Assembly: GCA_946544235.1 (NCBI GenBank)
Contig: CAMNMC010000077.1
Location: forward strand, 1,239 to 65,238
Length of the DNA: 64,000 nt
Reading direction: 5' to 3'
DNA from: an uncultured Lachnospiraceae bacterium
GTDB lineage: Bacteria > Bacillota > Clostridia > Lachnospirales > Lachnospiraceae
The position numbers and the translations under genes were made by a program. Positions within the stretch are counted from its first letter, which is position 1. Each line of letters starts with the position of its first letter. Below, piece after piece: positions 20,602-30,300 of the stretch. The notes below the pieces were generated by a model, which saw only the letters and a program-made list of their open reading frames with translations, did no database searches and was not told the DNA's origin.

Positions 20602-20813
20602 GCGGTGATGTATGGTTGCAGCGTAAGGGCACCCTGAGGGTGGAACGGCCCGAAAAGAGCAACAAAAAGTGCAACAAAATCCCGAAATTTGGAGAGAATT
20701 TGTTGCTGTTTACGAAAAAATCTTTATTTGAAATAAAAAAATATGGCCAAAAAACCACGCAAAACCGTGATTTTACAAAAAAATCAAAAAAAATTACAAA
20801 ATTTCCTGTTTCG

Positions 20814-20847
20814 TGTTGCGCTTTTGTTATGCACTGTGTGGTAAATT
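20814..20847 (+). promoter_or_regulatory. Direct-repeat site plus extended -10 of the pilin/T4SS operon
   Basis: TGTTGCGCT-TT-TGTTATGCA-CTGTGTGG-TAAATT. Confidence 0.55.
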
Positions 20848-20892
20848 TGTCTCATCAAAGACAAACCATATTCTATTAAGGAGGAATAAGTT

Positions 20893-21342
20893 ATGAAGAA
20901 GAGAATTATGAACACACTTGAGGCTATTGGTAAGGACAAGAAGAAGATGAGAACCTTTAAGATCATGTCTTTCGCATTTGTTGTTATGGCAGTTGTACTT
21001 TCATACAGCAGCTTCTCAAACGCAGCAAACGCATTTGATGGCGTAGTTAAGCCAATCACAGATCTTCTTAATTCCATCGTAAACCCACTTCTTGCACTCG
21101 TAAGTGCCGGCGGAACAATTTTCTGCATCTTCCTTGGTGTTAAGTACGCAACAGCTGAAGAGCCACAGGAGAAGGAAAAGAGAAAGCAGTCTCTTAAGAC
21201 AGCTATCATCGGTTTCATCCTTATCTTCGTTCTCATCGTTGCACTTAAGCTTTCTATCGATCCACTCAAGGATTGGATGGCAAAGAGCACAAAGAAGGAA
21301 TCAACAGAGTCTTCATTTATTAACATGTTTATGTATATGTAA
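20893..21342 (+). CDS. TrbC/VirB2-like pilin
   Basis: Signal-like N-terminus, then two hydrophobic helices split by a charged loop 'LGVKYATAEEPQEKEKRKQSLKTAIIGFILIF'. First gene before VirD4; AAGGAGG SD. Confidence 0.75.
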   Translation: MKKRIMNTLEAIGKDKKKMRTFKIMSFAFVVMAVVLSYSSFSNAANAFDGVVKPITDLLNSIVNPLLALVSAGGTIFCIFLGVKYATAEEPQEKEKRKQSLKTAIIGFILIFVLIVALKLSIDPLKDWMAKSTKKESTESSFINMFMYM

Positions 21343-21388
21343 TAGCAGATAAGGCTATTAACAAAGTAAATATTAGGTACAGCACAGA

Positions 21389-21425
21389 TCATGCATGAGT
21401 CCCTGATAAGGGACGACATGCATGA
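21389..21425 (+). other. Stem-loop after the pilin gene (possible stabiliser or partial terminator)
   Basis: tcatgcatg-a-gtccc...gggac-ga-catgcatga; no U-tract. Confidence 0.4.
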
Positions 21426-21654
21426 ATGTGCATTATACACCTGATAATCTGAAATGATGATTGGACATCTTAACGCCGGGAACACAGATGATGAACCCCG
21501 GTATCAGGGTCAGAAGATCAACAGATTCATATTTAAGATGAAACGAAATGATATGAATCTGTAGATGTTATGATCCGATCGACATGCTCCGGACCGTGAG
21601 CATGACAGTAATTGCAAACTGATAAAGTATGATGTAAGGAAGGAGACTTTCGAT

Positions 21655-23664
21655 ATGAAGAGATGGCAGAAGGTACTGCTTAATATTGGGGTGCTGATAT
21701 TGGTCATGGCTGCTGTGGGTATTATGGCAATGGCGGTCATCAATGCTGTTAATGGTAAGCCTTTCAAGATAAAACCACAATACTTCCTTGAGGTGAAGAC
21801 CTGGCTTTTCGGATTTATAGGAGCGGTAGTCATCTCTGTAATATGGCTTCTGTCAGGAAGTAATCTCGATATGCTGATAACAGGCAAGGGCAAGAGTCTC
21901 CTCGGAGGGAAAAAGGGTGAAGCTGATGTAGTCAAGGGATCCCTTGAAAACAGCCGTTTCCTTACGGATCAGGAGAGAGATAAATATTTCCCGGAGCATG
22001 TATACAGTGCTCTTAAGAATGTTAAGAAGGATGGTATTCCGGTAAGAGCGGTACTTAACAAGAAGAATGTACTTGAGGTTAATTTCCTCCCGGGTGCACA
22101 TTCACTTGTTATCGGTGCTACCGGTTCCGGTAAGACAACCACCTTCATCAATCCGATGATACAGCTTCTCGGTGCTACGGCAGCCGGAAGTTCAATGATA
22201 ATGACAGACCCTAAGGGCGAGCTTTTCGACCTGCATTCAAAGTTCCTGAAGTCAAGAGGCTACAACGTACTTCTTCTTGACCTCCGTGATACTTATTCAT
22301 CATCAAGATGGAATCCTCTCGGAGACATCTGGGATATGTATGAGGAATATGTAAGACTCGGTAAGGGTATCAAGTTCCACAAGGACAATATGGCAGATTA
22401 TCCGGACCTTAAACAGCCGGATGGACCTGCTGAAGAAGGAAAGCCTTGGGTTGAATGGCAGGGCAAGGCATATTCGGACCTTACACACTGCCAGGATGAT
22501 GTTTCTGTAACAAGACAGAAGATTTACGATGAAATGTACGAGGATCTTAACGATCTTATATCGGTTATATGTCCTATCGAAAATGATAAGGACCCTGTTT
22601 GGGAGAAGGGTGCACGTTCAATAATCATGAGTACCTGCCTCGCAATGCTTGAGGATTCTGAGGACGAGAGACTTGGAATGACCAAGGACAAGTTCAATTT
22701 CTTCAATATCAATAAGGCGCTTACCAATTCAGAGAACGAGTTCGCAGCGCTTAAGGAGTATTTCGAAGGAAGAAGCAAGCTGTCACAGGCATACACACTG
22801 TCAAGACAGGTTCTGTCAGCAGCTGATACAACACTTTCTTCATATATGTCAATTACTTTTGATAAGTTAAATATGTTCAATGACCGTGGTCTCTGCGGTC
22901 TTACATCAGCAACCGACGTTCATGCAGACAAGTTCGCAGAAGAGCCAACAGCACTCTTCATGAAGATTCCTGATGAGAAGGATACCAGACACGGACTTGC
23001 AGCCGTATTTGTACTCTGTATGTACAAGGCACTTATCAAGGTTGCTTCGGCAAGAGAGGATCTCTCCCTTCCGAGAAACGTTTACTTCATTCTTGATGAG
23101 TTCGGTAACATGCCGAAGATCGAGAAGTTCGATAAGATGATCACCGTTGGACGTTCAAGAAAGATCTGGTTCAACATGGTCGTTCAGTCATATTCACAGC
23201 TTAACAACGTATATGGTGAGAAGGTTGCCGATATCGTTAAGTCTAACTGTGGTATGAAGATGTTCATCGGTTCCAATGATATCGGAACCTGTGAAGAGTT
23301 CTCCAAGCTTTGCGGTAATATGACAGTCCGCACGACATCGACCTCTACAAATATCGGTGCCAAGGCAGGAGACATCAACCTGTCAGCGCAGACTCAGGTA
23401 AGACCACTTATCTATCCGTCAGAGCTGCAGATGCTTAATAACAAGGAAAGTACGGGAAATGCCATAATCGTTACCTTCGGTAACTTCCCGTTAAGAACCA
23501 AATATACACCTAGTTACCTCTGTCCTTTCTATCAGATGGGCAGGATGGATATGGGAGAACTCAGAAGCCATATGTTCAAGGCGGATGAGGTTTACTACGA
23601 TCTTGACGAGAGAAATGCAATAGTTGTCGGCAAGAGCGAGGATGATGCTGCTGAAGCATCCTGA
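21655..23664 (+). CDS. virD4: VirD4/TraG-family type IV coupling protein
   Basis: Two N-terminal TMs, Walker A 'GATGSGKTTT', 'TDPKGEL', 'WNPL', Walker B 'ILDEFGN', 'GRSR...VQS..QL...YG'. Confidence 0.93.
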   Translation: MKRWQKVLLNIGVLILVMAAVGIMAMAVINAVNGKPFKIKPQYFLEVKTWLFGFIGAVVISVIWLLSGSNLDMLITGKGKSLLGGKKGEADVVKGSLENSRFLTDQERDKYFPEHVYSALKNVKKDGIPVRAVLNKKNVLEVNFLPGAHSLVIGATGSGKTTTFINPMIQLLGATAAGSSMIMTDPKGELFDLHSKFLKSRGYNVLLLDLRDTYSSSRWNPLGDIWDMYEEYVRLGKGIKFHKDNMADYPDLKQPDGPAEEGKPWVEWQGKAYSDLTHCQDDVSVTRQKIYDEMYEDLNDLISVICPIENDKDPVWEKGARSIIMSTCLAMLEDSEDERLGMTKDKFNFFNINKALTNSENEFAALKEYFEGRSKLSQAYTLSRQVLSAADTTLSSYMSITFDKLNMFNDRGLCGLTSATDVHADKFAEEPTALFMKIPDEKDTRHGLAAVFVLCMYKALIKVASAREDLSLPRNVYFILDEFGNMPKIEKFDKMITVGRSRKIWFNMVVQSYSQLNNVYGEKVADIVKSNCGMKMFIGSNDIGTCEEFSKLCGNMTVRTTSTSTNIGAKAGDINLSAQTQVRPLIYPSELQMLNNKESTGNAIIVTFGNFPLRTKYTPSYLCPFYQMGRMDMGELRSHMFKADEVYYDLDERNAIVVGKSEDDAAEAS

Positions 23665-23805
23665 TATTACAGGATAGCTGCAGAATAAATGATATCTGAC
23701 GGACCCTGGTCCGGAGTGATATATGCTTTATCGGACGGATGCGCAACCGGATGATGAAGGATCTGAGATTCAAAAACATAGACGTATGATTTTGGAGAAT
23801 TATAT

Positions 23806-24807
23806 ATGAGAAAAAGCATAATAACTTTAGGAATAATACTTGCAGGAGCAGGAAGCTTCGGGACTCTGTCAAGGGTTTATGCCGCAGCTGATGCATCCGG
23901 TGAAACATTCACAGGTGCTGCAGAAATCTTAAGAGATGAAGGCTACAGCGGTCCGATCGATCCGATAACCGGCGAACCTATACAGGATGATGACGGTGAG
24001 GAGAAGAAACAGGTTGAGGTTCAGACCTCTGACGGATCATATTATAACCGTAACGAAAATATGTATACATATTCTTCCGAATATGGAAAGGTTGAATGCA
24101 GCGTTGCAGATGGAATGATCGTCACGGGAGAGGTTGAAGTAGTAGTTGAAGGAAGCTCAGGAATTACTCTGTATAAGGATGGAAACAAAGTTACAGATAT
24201 TCCGGAGGAAATCTCTGATCCGGGCAGCTATATGTTTATATCCGGTGATGTGAATAATAAGAATCAGCTTCTTGGCTTCAGAATAGTGAAGAAGACTACG
24301 GGAGTTCTCAATCAGTATGTTATGCCGGATGGCTTTTATATCGACAGTGTCACGATTGACGGTACTGAGAGAAATTCAGGCTTCAAGTCGGTTGATATGA
24401 ATGAAGAAGGTTATTATGAGATACACTATACAAACACTGTTACCCAGGTGGGTTACACACTTAAGGTGACTGTGGATCATACACCTCCTCAGGTTACATT
24501 TAAGGGAGTGGATAAGAATAACAAGGCTAAGGGACCTGTTACCATCAAGGGTCTTGAAGAAGACGACATCGTAACAGTAACCTTCAATGGTAAGAAGACC
24601 AGCCTTAACATGGATAACAAGCTGACTGAATCAGGAAGATACAAGGTTGTTGTTACTGATCAGGCAGGAAACAGGGTTGAGAAAGCATTCACAATACTTA
24701 TATATCTCAACCTGAGCAGTACACTGTTTATCGCCATAATTCTGGCAATCATCATCGGTGTCTGCATAGCACTTTATGTTACAAGAAAGAGACTCAGAGT
24801 AAGATAG
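23806..24807 (+). CDS. Surface protein: signal peptide, Ig-like domains, C-terminal TM anchor
   Basis: 'VDHTPP', 'GRYKVVVTDQAGN' Ig-like motifs; TM followed by 'TRKRLRVR'. Confidence 0.75.
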   Translation: MRKSIITLGIILAGAGSFGTLSRVYAAADASGETFTGAAEILRDEGYSGPIDPITGEPIQDDDGEEKKQVEVQTSDGSYYNRNENMYTYSSEYGKVECSVADGMIVTGEVEVVVEGSSGITLYKDGNKVTDIPEEISDPGSYMFISGDVNNKNQLLGFRIVKKTTGVLNQYVMPDGFYIDSVTIDGTERNSGFKSVDMNEEGYYEIHYTNTVTQVGYTLKVTVDHTPPQVTFKGVDKNNKAKGPVTIKGLEEDDIVTVTFNGKKTSLNMDNKLTESGRYKVVVTDQAGNRVEKAFTILIYLNLSSTLFIAIILAIIIGVCIALYVTRKRLRVR

Positions 24808-24854
24808 TTTAAAGTTGCGACAGAAGTTTATTGACGGAATAAGGGAGAAACCGT

Positions 24855-27383
24855 ATGGGCGCTATAGTTGATGGAATTTTAAGCGGAATAAAAAGTTTAT
24901 TTAATGCCTTTCTGGATTACTGTTTGTGGGCAGTCCTGTACTTCATTGAGGTCGTATTGCTGTTTTGTGTTGATCTGCTTGAAGATGTCATGATCATATT
25001 TACGGGCGAAAAGGAAGTAACATATGGCAAGAGTAAGATGGCGCTTATTGATGTCTTCTTTAACCATAATACCATCAAAGGCATTTATGCCGGAATCGGT
25101 ATGATAGGAATTGTCTTCGCCTTTGTCTTCGCTATATGGGCTGTTATAAAGCGTACAGGCGATCTGAGAGGTAAGCAGCAGGGCGTTACACTTGGTTCGA
25201 TAGTGGGCAACCTCCTGAAGAGTATAATTCTTATCTTCTCGATGAATGCGATCGTAACTCTTGCACTTCAGACAACCAATATACTTACCCAGCAGGTAAG
25301 CTATGCTGTAAGTAAGGGCGATATGTTCACTGTAGGCGAAGATCACATTGTATTTTACGAGGATGATTACGCCGCGATGGGTCGAATTATAAATACACTG
25401 GGTAACTATTCACTTAACCCGTCCTATCGATCCAGGTACAATATCAATGCCTGCTACAACGATATCAGAGGCGATATAGACTATCTGGCAAAACGAGGGG
25501 TGTTCTCATTCCATTATATAGATAAGGATACTGACGGAGACGGTATACCGGAACCTACATGGCAAAGCATAATGGAAAAAATAGCCAATGCATACAATTA
25601 TGATTACGAAGCTCCGCTTGATACATATGATGATGCACTTTCGGCTGCAATACTTTCGGCTATGGATACACTTCAGAACAACCCTTATGTCAGAGTTTTG
25701 AAAACCTATTCAAGAGATGAATATTCATATGAATATGAAACCGATAAGGATGGTTCATATGTTCCACTGAACAGGATCATCTTCCTGGCAGCAACAATGG
25801 GAAATGTTTTCGGTAATGGTGCTGCAAGAAATGATGCATTTAACAAGGATCCAAGCTTTTCGGATGGTGCAAGACTTCCTTTCTATATAGGAGAGAAGAG
25901 CATATATAGTTATGAGGCGGTTCGATCGACCTTCAATCCGGCACCGTGGAAGACTAATTATCTGATAGTTCTCTTCTCGTGCGGCGGACTTGTAATGGAG
26001 ATGGTAAGTATAATCCTTACCTGTGGTGTAAGAATATTCAACCTGCTTGCACTTTATGTTGCAGCACCGCTCGCAATATCATCGATGCCTCTTGATGACG
26101 GAGGAAAGTTCAAGCAGTGGTCGACGGCATTTGTTATCCAGCTTCTCGGAATAGTTGGTATGGTGCTTTCACTCAGACTTTTCTTCATGTTCCTGCCGAT
26201 TATTTGGAGTCCGAATCTGACGATTTCATCCAATCCGATCCTGGGACTTGTTGTTAAGGTACTTGTATGTTACACGGCACTTGAAGCCGTAAATAAGGTT
26301 AACGGTATTTTCACCGGTATCCTTGCTGATAACGCAGGTTATCAGGCTATCTACGCCGGTAACATGAGAGATAAGCTTGAGAACTCAGCAGCCGGCAAGG
26401 CTATGGGCAGCCTTACAGGTACAGGCGTCCTTAAGAATGGTTTTAATAAGGAGAAGAAGGCAGAGAAGAAAGAGAAGGCTGAGAAGGCTCACAAAGCAGA
26501 GATAGATGCAGTTGAGAAGGATATAGCTCATGCAGAGAAGACAGGTCGTCACAGTGCCAAGTTCGGTGGCGGCAAGCTTCAGAAGGGTGAGCTTGATAAG
26601 ATGAAGAACGGCCTTGACTATATGAAGAACGGCAATAAGGGTCAGGGTATGAGTTACAGATCAGCCATGAAGCAGGCCGGTCAGGACGCTAAGAAGGATG
26701 AGAAGCGTCAGGAGGACATGGGCAAACTCAAGAAGGCTATCGACTTCGGCAATGAGACAGGTAAGAATCTTCAGGACGGCAAGGACCTTAAAGAGGGTGA
26801 GCTTGACGCTATGAAGAAGACCTATGAGTACATGGACGAAGGTGGTCAGGACTTCTATAGTGCTCAGGCGATGGCAAATCGTGATATAAATCAAGAGAAA
26901 AATGAGGAGAATCAGGCAGGCAAGAAAGAAGCCAATGATCCTGGCAGGGTACCGCCTCCGGATGTAGATAAAGCTAAAGCAACAGCCGAGAAGATGAATG
27001 ATCTTGATTATCATCGTCTTGCTGCTGATGTTGAATATGCAGAGGAGAATGGCAAACATCTTATTAACTTCGGTGAAGGCGGAGATAAGATGTCCCAAGG
27101 TAAAGAACTTAAGAAGGGTGAGCTTGGTCAGATGAAGGAAATCCTGAATCAGTACGAGCAGATGCATCCTAATATCCCTGGCAACCAGAATAATCCGGAA
27201 TTTATCGGACCGGACATTAATGGAAATAATAACAATAATGGAAACAATCCACAGCCACCTGGAGGAGGAAACAATCCACAGCCACCTGGAGGAGGAAGAA
27301 GAAGGGTACCACCACCACCTCCACCACCACCACAGGTCCCTAACGGAGGCAATATTCCTAACAACCAGAGACATCAGGTATAA
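24855..27383 (+). CDS. VirB6/TrbL-like polytopic T4SS channel protein with long C-terminal tail
   Basis: N-terminal TMs, large loop, second TM cluster 'RIFNLLALYVAAPLAISSMPLDDGGKFKQW'; located between VirD4 and VirB4. Confidence 0.75.
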   Translation: MGAIVDGILSGIKSLFNAFLDYCLWAVLYFIEVVLLFCVDLLEDVMIIFTGEKEVTYGKSKMALIDVFFNHNTIKGIYAGIGMIGIVFAFVFAIWAVIKRTGDLRGKQQGVTLGSIVGNLLKSIILIFSMNAIVTLALQTTNILTQQVSYAVSKGDMFTVGEDHIVFYEDDYAAMGRIINTLGNYSLNPSYRSRYNINACYNDIRGDIDYLAKRGVFSFHYIDKDTDGDGIPEPTWQSIMEKIANAYNYDYEAPLDTYDDALSAAILSAMDTLQNNPYVRVLKTYSRDEYSYEYETDKDGSYVPLNRIIFLAATMGNVFGNGAARNDAFNKDPSFSDGARLPFYIGEKSIYSYEAVRSTFNPAPWKTNYLIVLFSCGGLVMEMVSIILTCGVRIFNLLALYVAAPLAISSMPLDDGGKFKQWSTAFVIQLLGIVGMVLSLRLFFMFLPIIWSPNLTISSNPILGLVVKVLVCYTALEAVNKVNGIFTGILADNAGYQAIYAGNMRDKLENSAAGKAMGSLTGTGVLKNGFNKEKKAEKKEKAEKAHKAEIDAVEKDIAHAEKTGRHSAKFGGGKLQKGELDKMKNGLDYMKNGNKGQGMSYRSAMKQAGQDAKKDEKRQEDMGKLKKAIDFGNETGKNLQDGKDLKEGELDAMKKTYEYMDEGGQDFYSAQAMANRDINQEKNEENQAGKKEANDPGRVPPPDVDKAKATAEKMNDLDYHRLAADVEYAEENGKHLINFGEGGDKMSQGKELKKGELGQMKEILNQYEQMHPNIPGNQNNPEFIGPDINGNNNNNGNNPQPPGGGNNPQPPGGGRRRVPPPPPPPPQVPNGGNIPNNQRHQV

Positions 27384-27394
27384 GAGGGTAAAAA

Positions 27395-30300
27395 ATGAGA
27401 CTAATCCCGGGAAAAACAAAAGTCAAAATAGAAGTATTCAGAAAGGTAACTCTTTCCGATGTTATAGTTGGTCTTATAGGCTTGATAGCGGTGACACTCT
27501 GCGTAGTGTCATCGCTTCCGGGCCGTTGGATCATAGCAATGTTTGTGCTGGCGCTTTTCGCCCTGATGCTTTTCAGAATCGATGATGATCCAATGTACGT
27601 TTTCGTATGGCATATGCTCAGATATAAGGCATACCCGAGAAGATTTTCGAGGGTTTTCAATGACGAGCTTCTGCTGAAGGGACGTGATTTCGCCGTCGAT
27701 ATGGTATTTAACGAAGAGGGCGAAAAACCGATAAAAAGCAATGAAGAAAGTGTGCATAAGACACCACCTGAACTAGCTGCACTCATCGGAGGAGAGGAAG
27801 ATGATGCGGCCTTTTATGCTACTCTGGAGGCAGAGAAAAAGGCAAGAGAAGCAGAAGAATATGGATATGGAGAGGACCGGTTTGAGAACGCTGCAGAAGG
27901 TGCAGAGGATTCGGCGTTTGCTGAGACAGATGCAGCTTATGATGAGTCGGAAACAGCCGGATATGAAGCGGCTTATGATGAGTCGTACGAGGTCGCGGTT
28001 GATTCTGTTTATCAGGAAGATACCGGCATAGCTGAGACTTCAGAGAATATGGAAGATGGTACAGCTGATGCTGTTTCGGAAACCTCGGAAGAAACAGAGG
28101 AAACTTCAAAGTCCAAGAAGAAGTCAAAGAAAGACAAGAAAAAAGATAAGAAGAATAAATCGGTTGATAAAGCAGCAGATAAGACAGCGGAGACTAAGAC
28201 AGCAGAAACAAAAGCAGCGGCTGCGGGTTCGGCACCGGCTGCTACGGGACTTTCTGAAAGTGCACTCAAGAAGACGGCAATCGGTCCGCTGCTTGAGTCA
28301 ATGGGAGCTGCCAAGGAAGCTTATCTGAAGGCTTCGACAGAGGCAGAAAAGAAGAAAGCTCTGAAGAAGCTTATAACAGAAGAAAACAAGATTCTTGGTG
28401 CCAAGAAAGCAACCGAGGAAGAAAAGAATCTGGTCTGGCTTTCAAGAGCAGAGAGAACGGCTGAGAGGAAAAAGGCAAAAGCCCAGAAGAAGGATGAAAC
28501 CGCTTCCCACACCGATATGTCAGAGCTCATGCCTTTCACGGGCATTAGCGGAAACTTTATCGAGTATAACGGAAGATATTTCGGCTCAGTTATCGAGATA
28601 GATCCTATCGAGTTCCGTTTCTTCTCTAAGCACAGAAGAAACAACTCCATCGAAACCTGCTTCGGTAAGGTGCTCAGAGGATTCCATGGTGACTATGGTG
28701 CAAATATCGTCAAGATTCAGAGACCTATTATTTATGATGAATATCTTGAGGCTGAATACGGTAAGCTGAGTGAGCTTAAGAAATCGTTTGAAAGCGGTCT
28801 TCTGAACGAAGAAGAATATCAGGCCAGAGTTGAGATACAGTTTGACCGTATCAATGAAGTCAGATCACTTTGTACGGATGACATGGTTATAGAGGCGTTC
28901 TATTATCTTGTTATGTTCGACAGTGACAAGAGAAGACTTGATACAGCTGTAAAGCAGGCAGTCCTTACACTTGAACAGGGCGAACTTACGGTAAGACGTC
29001 TCGACGCAAAGGGACTTGCACTTTTCCTGAAATATACCAATACACTTGATTTTAACGAAAAAGATATCGATCATATTGACGAGAGTAATTATGCAACCTG
29101 GGCTATGCCTGAAAGCGTAAAATTCTCCATGAGGAGAACTCAGATCAATAACATAATAACCCACAATATGAGGGTTATAAACTATCCGACCGTAGTCGGT
29201 GATGCATGGCTTGCGGGAGTTATGTCATTCCCGGGAACCAAGGTTGTTGTAAAGATCACACCTATGGACAAGGCCAAGGCGATACGTGCGATTGACCGTT
29301 CACTTGCAGAACTTCGTGGACAGTACATGCAGACAAGTCTTGATTCCAAGAGTATAGAGCTGCAGGAGCATATAGACACACTGTCTTCACTCCTTGTAAC
29401 ACTTAAGCAGGATAATGAGTCTATCCTTTCCGTAAGTATTTATATAACGGCCTATGATGCTATAGCTTCTAATGACAGTAAGCTCATACCTGATGATTTT
29501 GTAACAAATCTTCCGGCCGTTACCGATATGAAGAAGACGGTAAGGAGAACCTGGATGGAAGCCGGCATGAGAGTATCGGGCATGGATTTCATGCAGCTGC
29601 AGGGCTTTATCGGCGGACAGATATCAGCTTACGATCCACTTATGAAGGATGCCAGAGGAATTCCTTCAAATACCATAGCAGGTATGTATCCTTGGGTATT
29701 TGCCCATATTTCCGATAAGGGCGGTATCAAGCTCGGTTCGTCAGACGGCGTTCCGGTATTTATCAACTTCTTCAGAAGAGATTCTGAGAGAGTAAACTCC
29801 AACATGGTTATCGTTGGTAAGTCAGGTTCAGGTAAATCCTATGCAACCAAGAGCCTCCTTTCCAATCTTGCTTCCGAGGATGCGAAGATATTCATCCTCG
29901 ACCCGGAGAACGAGTATTCAGAGCTTGCTCATACTCTTCACGGCAAGATGATAAATGTAGGAAATGCAACCCAGGGACGTCTGAATCCGTTCCATATTAT
30001 TACGGCGCTGGATGATGATGAGTCCGAGGGAAGCGGAACAGGCGGAAGCTTTGCAACCCACCTGCAGTTCCTTGAAGAGTTCTTCAGACAGATCCTTCCT
30101 GATATTGACAGGGATGCTCTGGAGTACCTCAATTCACTTATCGAGAGACTTTACCTCAATTTCAGTATCACACCGGAGACCGACCTTTCGGTACTTACGG
30201 CAGATGATTATCCGATATTTGATGATCTCTACGATATAGTACTTTCGGAATTTGAAAGAACCAACAATGAGTATCTGAGACAGCTGCTCCGTTCACTTGT

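Noticed and set aside
20659-20676. gcaacaaaaagtgcaaca as a fifth SARP-type box on the minus strand
   Set aside because: The period is 12 rather than 11 and no gene lies in that direction; at most an auxiliary site.
20616-20879. 87-aa ORF before the pilin, and 32775-33053 before the large protein
   Set aside because: Both overlap promoter or leader DNA or a real gene, lack a convincing SD, and have atypical composition.
23690-23770. CUGA/UGAUGA box C/D or K-turn-like words in T4SS intergenic gaps (also 21440-21500)
   Set aside because: Pairing around the putative G-A pairs is imperfect, and such words are frequent by chance here.
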